Origin: a virus
Lineage: Duplodnaviria > Caudoviricetes
DNA: 64,000 nt
Virus record (IMG/VR): IMGVR_UViG_3300010391_000186
Span: 1,947 to 65,946 of that record
Strand: one strand, 5' to 3'
Below the pieces are notes generated by a model, which was not told the DNA's origin, searched no databases, and was given only the letters and a program-made list of their open reading frames with translations. This document shows, one piece after another, positions 1 through 10,761 of this stretch (position 1 is its first letter; each line of letters starts with the position of its first letter). The translations under genes and the position numbers were made by a program.

Positions 1-285
1 TTTTTCTTGAACAAAGAGATCGTTGATCCAAAAGATGCAACAAAGAAGAAAACGCAGTATGGCGGCTTCGGCATATTTGTTGAGCCAGATGATATCAAGG
101 ATATCGGAAAGGACAGCGTTGTTTCAGTTCTTGGACACATATCTGGTCCCCAGAACATGAACGCACAATATATCCACCCAATACTGATAAAAGCTCCATT
201 AAAACCGAAAGACAGAATTCAGCCAGCAGGATCGACAGGAACATCTGGAATACCAGTGGGAGCAGTGAGCCCAGTTTCACTATAA
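1..285 (+). CDS. 5'-truncated protein, possibly the C-terminus of an OB-fold ssDNA-binding protein
   Basis: Frame is open from base 1. Beta-rich pattern (GIFVE...VVSVLGHI) with a flexible tail, upstream of a recombination ATPase. Confidence 0.3.
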   Translation, partial: FFLNKEIVDPKDATKKKTQYGGFGIFVEPDDIKDIGKDSVVSVLGHISGPQNMNAQYIHPILIKAPLKPKDRIQPAGSTGTSGIPVGAVSPVSL

Positions 286-294
286 GGAGAATAA

Positions 295-615
295 ATGGAA
301 CAAAAATCGGGGAGTGAGTTTTCATTCCCCGTCGCAAAAACACCGCGGCTTGAAACAAGACTGCTAGAACTGCCAAAAGAAATAAAGGATATGGAGATAA
401 AACTTTACAAAACAAAAGCAGGACAAATCAAAGACAACATAAAAATCGAAGAAATCAAAAAAGAAACACCAAATGATTTTCGTTCAAGTCCTAGATATCA
501 AATCTTGAAGGAAAAGCAAGAGAACGTAGAAGAAATTCTTAAACTTGGTGCGATAGAGCTTCGATTTCTGAACAATTACTTTACAGCTTGCAAAGCTGTT
601 TCAAGGATGATATAA
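295..615 (+). CDS. Hypothetical coiled-coil protein
   Basis: 106-aa ORF with AGGAG RBS, tightly packed between neighbours. Confidence 0.6.
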   Translation: MEQKSGSEFSFPVAKTPRLETRLLELPKEIKDMEIKLYKTKAGQIKDNIKIEEIKKETPNDFRSSPRYQILKEKQENVEEILKLGAIELRFLNNYFTACKAVSRMI

Positions 616-1628
616 TGAGCGGAATATTACCAGTTGATGGTTCGGGAGGAGTTAATCTTGATGATTTCAGCAACGTTAAATTCGATTTCACTCCAGATAC
701 ATCACAAGGAAAAATCGTAATAACAGCGCACGGTCCCAAGAATGCAGGAAAATCAACCGCAGTATTCTTAATAACTACAGGAAGAATCGGTGGCTTTCAT
801 TCTGGAAAAACACTTGCAATATCCTTTGATGATAAGACAAAAACAACATATGATCAATTCTTCAAAGGAGAAGACATTGTTATTCAAGACGGAACAAAGT
901 GTTATTCTGAAGATCCATTAACAAAAACAAAATCTGGATACATGTCTTATCTATATCTTCAGAAATTACTTGAACACGAAGCACCTAAAAAATATGACTG
1001 GGTATTCTTTGATGGATTAACTGTTCTATCAGAGATGCTTGAAATGTCCATGCGATATATTAATGGACTAAAACCTACTCAAGGATTCGCAAATCGTAAC
1101 ATCTGGAAAGATAGAGGTTCAATGCTTCGAACACTGCATAACCTAGCAGTAAAGATGGCAAATATTGGAGTCATCTACAGCACTTATTCTGAAAAGGATG
1201 AAATATTAAAAGACGGAGAAACAGTTAGTAAAGAAGATATTCCAAAGTATATTGATGTTGTTATGATCAAGACAGATGTTGTCATAAAAGCAACAAAAGC
1301 AAAAGGCAAATCTGGAAATCTATTCTTCCTCACAGTTGAAGGAACAAAATTCAAGCAATATTATGACAATGGAAAACTTCTTCCAATAACAGACAGGACT
1401 TTAAAAGAAGGAACTGTTTTCGATGTAACAGGAATGTCTGACCAAAAGAAACCGGATACTGCTATTGTTGCAGACACAAAAGTGACCATACAAGCAGCAG
1501 CGCAAGCAATAAAAACCGAACCAACGCAAGTCTTACAAGCAGTACCAGCAGCAGAAAAAAAGATCGAAGCAAAACCAGCAGAAACAATAATTGTAAACAA
1601 GAAACAAAATATAGTAAACTTACTATGA
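615..1628 (+). CDS. RecA/Sak4-like (AAA_24-type) P-loop ATPase
   Basis: Walker A HGPKNAGKST, Walker B FFDGLT, Ala/Lys/Pro-rich tail. The ATG at 615 overlaps the upstream stop. Confidence 0.7.
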   Translation: MSGILPVDGSGGVNLDDFSNVKFDFTPDTSQGKIVITAHGPKNAGKSTAVFLITTGRIGGFHSGKTLAISFDDKTKTTYDQFFKGEDIVIQDGTKCYSEDPLTKTKSGYMSYLYLQKLLEHEAPKKYDWVFFDGLTVLSEMLEMSMRYINGLKPTQGFANRNIWKDRGSMLRTLHNLAVKMANIGVIYSTYSEKDEILKDGETVSKEDIPKYIDVVMIKTDVVIKATKAKGKSGNLFFLTVEGTKFKQYYDNGKLLPITDRTLKEGTVFDVTGMSDQKKPDTAIVADTKVTIQAAAQAIKTEPTQVLQAVPAAEKKIEAKPAETIIVNKKQNIVNLL

Positions 1629-1789
1629 AAGAAAAGAGAACATGCAGTAAATCTGTAGAATGTAAAATAGTCAAGTGCATTCATCACGGAGAACATACTG
1701 AAACAGAATTCTGTGATGAAATATGTGAAACATTCACAAAAGCAGTCTGCATCAAAATGAACAAAACATTAATTGAAGGATAGGATAAA

Positions 1790-2743
1790 ATGGACGCAAG
1801 ACACATATTATATCAGAATTTTGACAGAAAGGTTGGAGATCCAAGACAGTATATAATTCATAATACTGCTGAAATGAATCATTTCATAGAAATCAACTCT
1901 GGTCAAAATGATGAATGCTATGCGTCTTCGTGTCTATATATCAACGGAAAACCTATATTCGATGATCTATTTTTAGAGGAGGACAACAAAAATATTAAAG
2001 CAATAGCAACAATCGGACAGTATTATTCCGACAACGATATACCGTGGATACCTGTTTATTCTGCAAGCAGAAGTTTTCATATACATGCACCTTTTCAAGC
2101 AGAAAATGTTTCACACGAAACAGTTAAAAAGTTCGCAGCAACAGTATTGAAAGAAACGCACAACGAAGCAACTATGGATGAACACGTTACTGGGGATCTT
2201 CAACGCTTACACAGAATACCAAATACACAGCGCATTAATGGACGATGGTGCATACCACTTTCACACGAAGACGTTCTTAATCAGCTTCCATTATCACATT
2301 TTGTAGAACTTTCAAAATCACCGCAATTTGTAGATTATAATATCACATACAGACCAAGAATTACAGAGTTCGTAAAAGATTGCAGTCCTGACAATACATC
2401 ACAGATCCTTCATAAATATCTGCCCTGTCAAAATCCCACAAAATTTTTACTGAAGGATTTCATTAGGGGTTGCATCTATGAAAAACTTTGCAGTCCTAAT
2501 CCGTCTAATATGATAAGAAACGCTGCAACAAGAGACGCTCTCCTTTTAGGATTAACACCGCTGCAACTACTTGAAGGATATAGTGAACTTAATTGGGTAG
2601 ACTTTGACCCATCTTACAGTAAAGAGCGCATAGACTATATTAAAGACAGAATTTCTCAAGGATATGTAAGACACTTTGGAAAAGAAAGACTAGGATGCAC
2701 AAAAAATAATAATTGCTTGAAGTGCTTGCTTGGAGCAGCATAA
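1790..2743 (+). CDS. Archaeo-eukaryotic primase (PriS catalytic domain plus Cys-containing PriL/PriX-like C-terminal domain)
   Basis: AEP motifs FLEED, SASRSFHIH and GDLQRLHRIPNT. C-terminal GCIYEKL...R and CTKNNNCLKC. Confidence 0.8.
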   Translation: MDARHILYQNFDRKVGDPRQYIIHNTAEMNHFIEINSGQNDECYASSCLYINGKPIFDDLFLEEDNKNIKAIATIGQYYSDNDIPWIPVYSASRSFHIHAPFQAENVSHETVKKFAATVLKETHNEATMDEHVTGDLQRLHRIPNTQRINGRWCIPLSHEDVLNQLPLSHFVELSKSPQFVDYNITYRPRITEFVKDCSPDNTSQILHKYLPCQNPTKFLLKDFIRGCIYEKLCSPNPSNMIRNAATRDALLLGLTPLQLLEGYSELNWVDFDPSYSKERIDYIKDRISQGYVRHFGKERLGCTKNNNCLKCLLGAA

Positions 2744-2980
2744 ATGGCGATTACACTGGAACATTATCAGTCTGTAAGACAACATTTTATTACTCTTCTA
2801 GGCGGAAAATGTGCTGTGTGTGGAACTGTTGAAAGTCTTGAGCTTGATCATATAGTTTCAAATGGTTGGTATGTTGGAAGGGGTCGTGGTCGAGATATTC
2901 GTATGTGGGAATGGTTTGAATCACAAGCTGAAGGAAATCTTCAAATTCTTTGCAGTAAACACAATCAAGAAAAACGTTAA
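2744..2980 (+). CDS. Small HNH endonuclease
   Basis: LGGKCAVCG...LELDHI...NLQILCSKHN. Confidence 0.85.
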   Translation: MAITLEHYQSVRQHFITLLGGKCAVCGTVESLELDHIVSNGWYVGRGRGRDIRMWEWFESQAEGNLQILCSKHNQEKR

Positions 2981-2995
2981 TAGAGGACATATCAT

Positions 2996-3703
2996 ATGGA
3001 AATTACTATGGATTATCGAGAATTTATGGACAATCCACTTATAGTGAACTTGCTTAAAGACAGCGGAAAAAATACAATAATTTCAAAACCACTAGCAGTT
3101 GCAGATTATTTCTTCCCACCAGTTCTAGCTGAACACAAAACACTTATCAATTATATGGATGACGTAACAAACGGTCATATTTTTCAGCAAGCTCAGGACA
3201 TGCTTTACAGCAAAGAAGAGCATCCTGAAATGGAGCTTTACATTCTAATATCTGGGAACATTACAGACATCTTTAAGCAAGTTCGACCACTAAAGATAAA
3301 TGGACAGCAAATCTATGAAAACGGAAGACCTAAATGGGTTCCTGTTCACGCAAATGCAAAAGGACTCATAGCAGCATTTTCATCGCTCAACAGACAAGGA
3401 ATAAAAACTTCTTTTGTTGGGGATCAAGGATTTATGGTTCAAGCACTGCTATATCTCTTCGAAAAATACAACGATGGAAAAGTACGCACATATAATCCAA
3501 TTCGTGCCCCAATAACTAATGAAGACGCAGTGCTTACGAACTACATGAGCATAACAGGTGTCGGTGAAGAGAACGCTAAAAAGCTCAGAGAAAGATTCCC
3601 TCTACCAAGACAGCTTTACAACGCAGGACTTATTGATTTTGAAGCTATCATGGGATTCCAGCACGGAAGAAGACTATACAATTTCATTAACGGAATAAAG
3701 TGA
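2996..3703 (+). CDS. ERCC4/XPF-like nuclease with C-terminal helix-hairpin-helix
   Basis: ADY...AEHKTLINY (variant of GDY...ERKxxxD) and HhH SITGVGEENAKKL. Confidence 0.75.
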   Translation: MEITMDYREFMDNPLIVNLLKDSGKNTIISKPLAVADYFFPPVLAEHKTLINYMDDVTNGHIFQQAQDMLYSKEEHPEMELYILISGNITDIFKQVRPLKINGQQIYENGRPKWVPVHANAKGLIAAFSSLNRQGIKTSFVGDQGFMVQALLYLFEKYNDGKVRTYNPIRAPITNEDAVLTNYMSITGVGEENAKKLRERFPLPRQLYNAGLIDFEAIMGFQHGRRLYNFINGIK

Positions 3704-3848
3704 AACTATGACAACATATTACCTAAAAACAAAAGATGTATCAGCAAACAATCATAATCTAAACGACTTAGAAGAAATTAGGGCGTACATCAAGAAAAAT
3801 TATAAATCACTTGATGTTTCAATAGTAAAAAGACAATATATTTCATAA

Positions 3849-3876
3849 AAGTCTTAAACTTTAAATAACTATAAAA
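3849..3876 (+). promoter_or_regulatory. AAGTCTTAAAC motif plus TATA box
   Basis: Motif at 3849-3859, TATA-like ctataaaa about 20 nt from the motif start, ATG at 3912. Confidence 0.6.
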
Positions 3877-3911
3877 ATAAAAAGCAATATTAAGAGTATG
3901 AGGACACAGCT

Positions 3912-4217
3912 ATGGAAAAAAATAACTACAAAGTAAACATAAAAATAGATAGGACGCTATTTATTGAAGGAGTAAATAATTCAGAAGAAGCGATTGAAAA
4001 TGCAACGCTATATCTTGATAATCTTCTTCTTGCAGGAGTCAAACCTTATGCAAGAGCAATCGCAGTAAAAACAAGCACAACAGAACAATCAGAAGAAATA
4101 CATGTTGAACAACTTGAAGAAGTAAAGAAACTATCTCTGCAGATTTCAAACATTTTCAACAAAGCAGAATTAAAACTGCTTGCAGAAGACATAAAATTCT
4201 ATATTGGAAGCGATTAG
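3912..4217 (+). CDS. Hypothetical protein
   Basis: ORF preceded by the promoter motif and a GAGGACA RBS. Confidence 0.6.
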   Translation: MEKNNYKVNIKIDRTLFIEGVNNSEEAIENATLYLDNLLLAGVKPYARAIAVKTSTTEQSEEIHVEQLEEVKKLSLQISNIFNKAELKLLAEDIKFYIGSD

Positions 4218-4556
4218 ATGACGAATAAAGTTGTAAAAACAGCAGAAGTAGAAGTTATTCCTCTTCGTGAACTTCGTTTTGGAGATTTTATTCTATGGGG
4301 AAGATATAAAGTTCTTATTGTCAGTATTGATTATCAAAACAAAATCGTTACAGCAGCGCATCCAGTAGATACACTTAAACAAGTTTCTTCATATTATAGA
4401 ATCATAAACTGCATTGAAGAAAGACCAAATACAACATGTCCCGGGTGCGGAAAAATCATAGAAAGCCTTACTGATTCTGAATTTGATGAATTCTGTGCTC
4501 CAAGATGCAAAGATCTATACGAAGAAGGTATTTCAAAAGGAGAAATTTATGGTTGA
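4218..4556 (+). CDS. Hypothetical protein with C-terminal Zn-ribbon
   Basis: CPGC...FCAPRC. Confidence 0.55.
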   Translation: MTNKVVKTAEVEVIPLRELRFGDFILWGRYKVLIVSIDYQNKIVTAAHPVDTLKQVSSYYRIINCIEERPNTTCPGCGKIIESLTDSEFDEFCAPRCKDLYEEGISKGEIYG

Positions 4557-5586
4557 AGAATCAAAATCAGTTCAATGGTGTGATAAATACGAACCACATA
4601 CGCTTGATGAATATATTGGTCATGAAGAGCTTGTTGCAGCATTTAAAGCATATGTAGCAATACATCATATTCCAAATATGACTCTTGGAGGAGTGCCCGG
4701 CACAGGAAAAACAGCATTGGTCAAATGCTTCGCCCACGATCTTGGATACTTAGGATGGGATTTAGAAAATCCTGGAAAGTGGTATCCAATGCAAGCAGGA
4801 CAGTTTCAATTTCTTGATGCATCAAACGAACGTGGAATAGACATGGTACGTACCACACTCAAAGGACTTTCAGAAGATCCAACACTTGGCGGAGAAGTGC
4901 GTCTAATATGCTTGGATGAAGGAGATAATGTTACAGGAGACGCTCAAGCTGCAATGCGTGGAGTCATACAAAACAGTTCAAGCAATTCTCGTTTCATTCT
5001 CACAGGAAACTATCCAGAAGAATTTATTGCTGCAATCAATAGCAGATGTCCACTCAAAACAGTTCCACCACTTACAAGAAACGACCTAGCTACAATGATA
5101 AAGCGCATACAAATATCTGAGAAGTTTACTATAACAGACGAAGCTACCGAGTTTCTAATCACTGTTGCAAATGGTGATATGCGCTTAATGATAAATAAAT
5201 TGCAGGACGCAGCAATAACATCAGCTATGAACATAACAAAAAAAGATATAGGTTCAACTGTTGCAGACATTGAAATAGCAAAGAAAATCATAGAAGCAGC
5301 ACTTACAGACTTCAATAAAGCAAGAGAAATCCTCATAACAATTTATCAAAGCACAAAGAATCCAGGAGATATTCTCTCGAAGCTATACGATGCCACGTAT
5401 CTTGTTCCTTTTGTTCAGGATGCACAGCGCAACGAAATCCTTCAGCTCAAGCTTCGAACAAGAATGTCAGATGTTGATTATTACTTGTCTCAGAAAGGAA
5501 TAAATCACATAGTCCAGCTTGACGCTCTTCTAAGCTATATCAGGCTTCTTCCTTATATTTCAGTAAAGTGTCCAAAGGTGAGTTAA
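4549..5586 (+). CDS. rfcS: Replication factor C small subunit (clamp loader)
   Basis: WCDKYEP, GVPGTGKT, DASNERGID, LDEGD, AAMR and SRC motifs. Start chosen at the ATG after AGGAG. Confidence 0.92.
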   Translation: MVEESKSVQWCDKYEPHTLDEYIGHEELVAAFKAYVAIHHIPNMTLGGVPGTGKTALVKCFAHDLGYLGWDLENPGKWYPMQAGQFQFLDASNERGIDMVRTTLKGLSEDPTLGGEVRLICLDEGDNVTGDAQAAMRGVIQNSSSNSRFILTGNYPEEFIAAINSRCPLKTVPPLTRNDLATMIKRIQISEKFTITDEATEFLITVANGDMRLMINKLQDAAITSAMNITKKDIGSTVADIEIAKKIIEAALTDFNKAREILITIYQSTKNPGDILSKLYDATYLVPFVQDAQRNEILQLKLRTRMSDVDYYLSQKGINHIVQLDALLSYIRLLPYISVKCPKVS

Positions 5587-5587
5587 T

Positions 5588-6001
5588 ATGGAAAGTATGG
5601 ATGGAATAAATGAACTAAATAATGAAATTGCAATGCAAAGACAGCACGAAAACAGATGTTCAACTTGCAACGGAACAGGTCGTGTCATAATAAAGTTTCC
5701 AGTTCCTTTTTCAAATGGAGAACAGCTTGAAGAAAGCGAAGAACAGTGTCCTGTTTGTAATGGAAAATCAAAAAAAGAAAAAGTATATACACTTCGCTTC
5801 CCGCCCGGAGAAGATGTGCCACAGCACACAGATAAAGAAGTCCTGAAAAAGATTCTATATAAAAGAGATTATGATGGATGCACAAATCAAGAAATTTCTG
5901 ATGAACTTAAAAAGATAAGACTAGGATTAAGTTCAGCATTCTTCCCAGAAGAAAAAGAAATCATAATACAAGCTGAAAAACGTCTTACAAGGAGAGATTA
6001 A
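5588..6001 (+). CDS. DnaJ-type zinc-finger protein
   Basis: CSTCNGTG and CPVCNGK. Confidence 0.6.
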   Translation: MESMDGINELNNEIAMQRQHENRCSTCNGTGRVIIKFPVPFSNGEQLEESEEQCPVCNGKSKKEKVYTLRFPPGEDVPQHTDKEVLKKILYKRDYDGCTNQEISDELKKIRLGLSSAFFPEEKEIIIQAEKRLTRRD

Positions 6002-6002
6002 A

Positions 6003-6555
6003 ATGATACTTTCAGATGTAGATATCAAAAATTACATAAAACTTGAAAAGCTCAAAATAAGTTCACCAAGAAGTCATTTACTTAATACTGATGGACTTTC
6101 AATACAACAGAATGGACTGGATTGCAGAATAGGAGATACAATAGCAGTAGATATCAAACTTGAAGAAGGAACTGTTATTGATACTCATAATCAGGAATCC
6201 ATTAACAGCAGATTCATGCAAATGGAATTTGAGAACTTTGTTGTCCCACCACACACGAATATCCTTCTTGTTACAGAAGAAGAATTTGAATTTCCTGATG
6301 ACTTAATGGCATTCTGTGGACTGCGTTCTTCGGTTGCAAGAAATGGATTCATTGCACCGATAACGATTGTAGATGCCGGCTTTAAAGGAACATTAACAAT
6401 AGAACTCAATAATGGTGGACACAATCCTATTAGAATATATAGAGGAGACAGATTCTTGCATGTAATATTTGCAAAGACAAACAGTCCAGTTCCCCTATAA
6501 TGGATTCTACACAGGACAAAGAATAGTTCATCTTCCAAAAACACTGGGTGATTAA
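6003..6555 (+). CDS. dcd: dCTP deaminase, interrupted by a +1 frameshift at CCCC 6492-6495
   Basis: MILSD, LRSSVARNG and VDAGFKGTLTIEL motifs. The 0-frame stops at 6500, but the +1 frame gives the canonical tail PYNGFYTGQ ending at 6555, directly before the next ATG. Confidence 0.85.
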
Positions 6556-6695
6556 ATGAGACACAAAATAGAAAAAAATAATACTACAGTATGCGGATTA
6601 TGGTTCAATCCTAAAACACATGGAATAATCTCAGAATATGTTATAGTTGATATAGAAAATCGTTGTAAAAAATGTTATCCTGATAAGGAGTAAAA

Positions 6696-7493
6696 ATGAT
6701 TCCTCCACTTGCAGAAGCAACAGTATCAACAACAATGCTGAATCTATATGATGGATGTAATCATGCCTGTAAACTGAAATATGTTGATAAACAAACCGCA
6801 GTCCATATTGATGATACTCCACTTAGAGTCGGAAAATCAGGACACAAAATATTTGAACATTTCTACGAAAAGTTAGATCTCAACGCACCAGATATCGATA
6901 AAGAATTCAAAGACAAAATTACAGCAAGTGCATTCCAGCACTGGGATAGGACTATTGACAGTAGAAAGCGTGAAGAAATAGAACCAGCATTCTTTATCTG
7001 GCTCAAGTATGAACTTGAAAGATATTTCATCTATAAGAAACAAAATAGACTTGATATCTTTAAGCCAATTGAAGTTGAACAGGACTTAACAGACTATAAA
7101 AATCGAATGAGAGCAGTATCGGATAAACGCTGCATAGGAATCTCTGGAATTAACTATGTTATGGACTACAAGTTTGACAAAAAGCTGCCAGCAGGTAGAA
7201 ATTTCACAAACATTCTATCAGAAATAGATATGAAGTACAAAATCCAAGCAGCACTCAACGCTCAAGTTCTAAAAGCACACGATCATCCGATTGATGGATT
7301 CTACTTTCAGTTTGTTCGCTATCCAGAAAAACTGTTACCTATACCGCTCAACAGACAGCTTTTTGATGAAGTAAATAACTTGATCAATAAGCTTAGAACT
7401 GATACAGTATTCGAAAAGAATAAAAAGTCTTGCTTCTTATGCAATTTTAAGATGTATTGCAACATGCGAGAAGCGAGTATAAACTGTCTATAG
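6696..7493 (+). CDS. Cas4-like PD-(D/E)xK exonuclease with Fe-S cluster
   Basis: N-terminal Cys (GCNHAC), D...DYK catalytic motif, C-terminal CFLCNFKMYC. Confidence 0.8.
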   Translation: MIPPLAEATVSTTMLNLYDGCNHACKLKYVDKQTAVHIDDTPLRVGKSGHKIFEHFYEKLDLNAPDIDKEFKDKITASAFQHWDRTIDSRKREEIEPAFFIWLKYELERYFIYKKQNRLDIFKPIEVEQDLTDYKNRMRAVSDKRCIGISGINYVMDYKFDKKLPAGRNFTNILSEIDMKYKIQAALNAQVLKAHDHPIDGFYFQFVRYPEKLLPIPLNRQLFDEVNNLINKLRTDTVFEKNKKSCFLCNFKMYCNMREASINCL

Positions 7494-7868
7494 GAAATGA
7501 TAATATGGATTTAAAAATTGGAGATGAAGTTCTTTTTAGAAAAGAAACAAATCTATATAAAGGCAGAATAAAATCTATATTCAAAAATAAAATTGAAATA
7601 GATGATGATACTATCGAGCTTGTTATAGCAGCAGTTTCAAAGGGTACTGTTGCTGATAATATATCTTTTATATGCAAAAACAAAGGTGAAATATCATGAA
7701 GATAATATGGGAAGAAACAGACACAGCAATCAAAGAAAAATATGATGCACGCAAAAAGCACTTCGTAAGCAACAAACATCTTATCAAACCGAAAATGGTT
7801 TCTGAAGATGAATCTTTTGTGATGGCATTAATAGCATCATACTGGACGATGTGGGTGCAGGAAAAGAA

Positions 7869-8264
7869 ATGACAAAGTATCATTTTATTAATATTGAATA
7901 CAGAACAGAATTCAATCAAGCAGTTATACTTCTATGGGGAAGAGATATAGAAACACTCGAAAAGAAAATGTTCAGAGTAATTGGATTCAGACCACGTTTT
8001 TATGTTCCAGAAAATGAACCAGTTCCACAGTCAAGCGCAATAACAGAAATAAAAAGTGGATTTACTTCTATATATGGTGAAAAATTCAAACAGCTATTCA
8101 CACAAATTCCTTCTGACATTCCGAAACTACGTCAATACTTCACGAAAACATGTCAAGCGGATATACCATTTACAAGAACATTTCTAATTGAATCCGGTAT
8201 CCTTACGAAGTTTACTACACCAGATAAAGATGAAATACATTTTAACGAACTAACAGGAGAGTAA
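7869..8264 (+). CDS. Stand-alone N-terminal domain of family B DNA polymerase
   Basis: ILLWGR...GFRPRFYV...QADIPFTRTFLIE, matching the PolB NTD signature (GFxPYFY; EADIPFxxRFLID). Confidence 0.85.
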   Translation: MTKYHFINIEYRTEFNQAVILLWGRDIETLEKKMFRVIGFRPRFYVPENEPVPQSSAITEIKSGFTSIYGEKFKQLFTQIPSDIPKLRQYFTKTCQADIPFTRTFLIESGILTKFTTPDKDEIHFNELTGE

Positions 8265-8266
8265 AA

Positions 8267-10603
8267 ATGAAAACACAATTTAGTCCTATGGCAATACAGA
8301 TCCTAGAGAAAAGATATCTTCTAAAAAACAAAGAAGGAACAATAACAGAAACACCGGAAGAACTGCTTGAAAGGGTAGCAAAATATGTTTGTAGTGAAGA
8401 TAAAAAGCTTCTTGCAGCAGTGTTGAAGCTGATGAAAGAATTAAGATTTCTTCCTAACACACCAACACTTATGAACGCAGGAACGACAAACATGCTTTCT
8501 GCTTGCTTTGCAATACCAATATCAGATTCTCTTGAATCAATAATACACGAAGCACTCTGGCAGCAAGCAGCGATCCATAAAAAAGGTGGTGGAACTGGAT
8601 TAAATTTTTCTAGTCTTAGACCAAAAGGAGACACAATTTCATTAACTGGTGGAGTAACATGCGGAGTATTGTCGTTCATGGAAAACTTTGATACACTGTC
8701 AAAATCCATTCAGCAAGGAGGAAAACGTGCGGGTGCAAACATGTCAATCCTCAGTGTCTATCATCCAGAAATAGAAGAATTCATCAAAATCAAAACAACA
8801 AATAACACTGATTATGAAAATATGAATCTTTCCGTGCTTGTTGATGATGTGTTCATGCTTGCAGTTAAAAACAACAAAACAATATTTCTTTCATTTCCAA
8901 TAAAAAGTGAAAACAAAAGAAGAGAAATAAGGGCGAAATATCTCTGGGAACTAATATGTGATTCTGCTCATAAATGCGGCTGTCCAGGAATCCTGTTTGA
9001 AGATACAATAAATTCTAACAACACGCTAGACAAACATGGATTTCATATCACAACGACAAATCCTTGTGGAGAGCAGCCTTTATTCTGTGGAGAATATAAT
9101 GGAAATATAACTGCGGAAAGCTGCAATCTTGGTTCACTCAATCTTTTAAAATTTGTGAATGACAAAAACAACGGAATGGACTATAAAAAACTAGAAGAAG
9201 CAGTGTTGGTAGCAACAGCTTTTCTGGATCGTGTTATAGACAAAAATGTATATCCTTTCAAATTTATCGAAGAAGGAACAAAACTTACAAGAAAGATTGG
9301 TCTAGGAGTAACAGGATTTTCCGATTATCTAATAAAAATTGGAGTTCCTTACAGTTCTGAAAAAGCAATAACCGAAGCAGAAGAAATAATGAAATTCATA
9401 ACAAACAAATCACATCTTGAAAGCTTTGATCTTGCTGCTGAGTTTGGAAAATATCCACTTGCAGAACTTGTTGGGGATAAAAAAAGAAATAATATGTGTA
9501 CCACTATTGCTCCAACAGGAACTATCGGAAGACTCATGCTAGGACACGGATATTCTTCTGGAATAGAACCACCATTTGCACTATATATGAAAAGTAACAT
9601 TATCGAAACAACAATCGAAGATGGAATTCATCCGTTGCTTCTAGAAAAGATAAATGAAGTATGTTTGGGTCTACCAGATAGAAAAAAAGAAACTATCGAT
9701 TTAATAAAACAGAATGGAAGCAGCATACAGAATATCCCGTTACTTAGCGCAGAAATAAAAAGATTGTTTCTAACAGCTAATGAAATTCCTATTGAACAAC
9801 ACATTAAAATCCAAGCAGCGTTCCAGAGCTATACTGATAACGCAGTATCAAAAACAATAAATCTAAATAATAAAGCAACTGTAGAAGATGTTTCAAAAGC
9901 GTTCATGCTTGCATATGATCTTGGATGTAAAGGAACCACCATATACAGAGACGGAAGTAAAAGCAATCAGGTTCTAAATTCTATCAAGGAAACACATAAA
10001 ACAACAAGCGTAGAATCATTTAAAGATCTAGCACCAAGACCAGCAATACTTCCAGCATTAAGCTTCGTGAAACAGACCGCTTGCAACACATTATTTATAA
10101 ATCCTACATATATGGGCGTTATAGATAAAAGCGCCCTTGAGCATTTCATAGATGCTCATGGAGGATGCCTTGCTATGAGAACAGGTCTTGCTATGTCTGT
10201 TTCGCTATATCAAAGAATAATAGAGGAAATAAATCCAGAGTATGCAAGAAATGCACTGCAAATAGTAACAACGCATCTACTTAAAGTAGAATGTCCTGTC
10301 TGTAAGATGAGAATAAGAGATGAAAAACAAAAGATAAAAAACGGAGAGACTGTTATAGATCCAGTGGATTCCATAAGCTGTCCAAACGCTCTTGCTCAAG
10401 TTATGGAATATATGCTCAAACACAAAGTTGAAACATATATTGACGGAATCAAGTTTCAAGCGGAACTATATAAGATTAAATCATACGAAGAAATAGAAGC
10501 AGTAGATAAAACAAAGTGCCTAGACTGCGGGACAGTCCTCATCAAACAAGGAGGATGCTCTTCATTCCAATGCCCAAAATGCATGACCGGGGGGTGTAAT
10601 TAA
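8267..10603 (+). CDS. nrdJ: Class II (adenosylcobalamin-dependent) ribonucleotide reductase
   Basis: PNTPTLMNAG, SACF, GGGTG, TNPCGEQ, SCNLGSLNL, TIAPTGT, SKTIN and YRDGS motifs. C-terminal SCP and Zn-ribbon. Confidence 0.95.
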   Translation: MKTQFSPMAIQILEKRYLLKNKEGTITETPEELLERVAKYVCSEDKKLLAAVLKLMKELRFLPNTPTLMNAGTTNMLSACFAIPISDSLESIIHEALWQQAAIHKKGGGTGLNFSSLRPKGDTISLTGGVTCGVLSFMENFDTLSKSIQQGGKRAGANMSILSVYHPEIEEFIKIKTTNNTDYENMNLSVLVDDVFMLAVKNNKTIFLSFPIKSENKRREIRAKYLWELICDSAHKCGCPGILFEDTINSNNTLDKHGFHITTTNPCGEQPLFCGEYNGNITAESCNLGSLNLLKFVNDKNNGMDYKKLEEAVLVATAFLDRVIDKNVYPFKFIEEGTKLTRKIGLGVTGFSDYLIKIGVPYSSEKAITEAEEIMKFITNKSHLESFDLAAEFGKYPLAELVGDKKRNNMCTTIAPTGTIGRLMLGHGYSSGIEPPFALYMKSNIIETTIEDGIHPLLLEKINEVCLGLPDRKKETIDLIKQNGSSIQNIPLLSAEIKRLFLTANEIPIEQHIKIQAAFQSYTDNAVSKTINLNNKATVEDVSKAFMLAYDLGCKGTTIYRDGSKSNQVLNSIKETHKTTSVESFKDLAPRPAILPALSFVKQTACNTLFINPTYMGVIDKSALEHFIDAHGGCLAMRTGLAMSVSLYQRIIEEINPEYARNALQIVTTHLLKVECPVCKMRIRDEKQKIKNGETVIDPVDSISCPNALAQVMEYMLKHKVETYIDGIKFQAELYKIKSYEEIEAVDKTKCLDCGTVLIKQGGCSSFQCPKCMTGGCN

Positions 10604-10761
10604 TGGTAATTCATTTACTAGATTCAAAGAATAATAAAACATACTGCGGATTGACACACTTAATAGTTCTAAGTGTTATATCTGATAAGATGTTGTTTGA
10701 TAAATTTGGTGTTGATTGTAAAAACTGTAAGAGAGTAATTTTATCGATCAAGAAAAAAATC

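Noticed and set aside
6696-7493. Cas4-like gene as a sign of a CRISPR locus
   Set aside because: There are no other cas genes and no repeat-spacer array in the window; solo Cas4-like nucleases are common in archaeal viruses.
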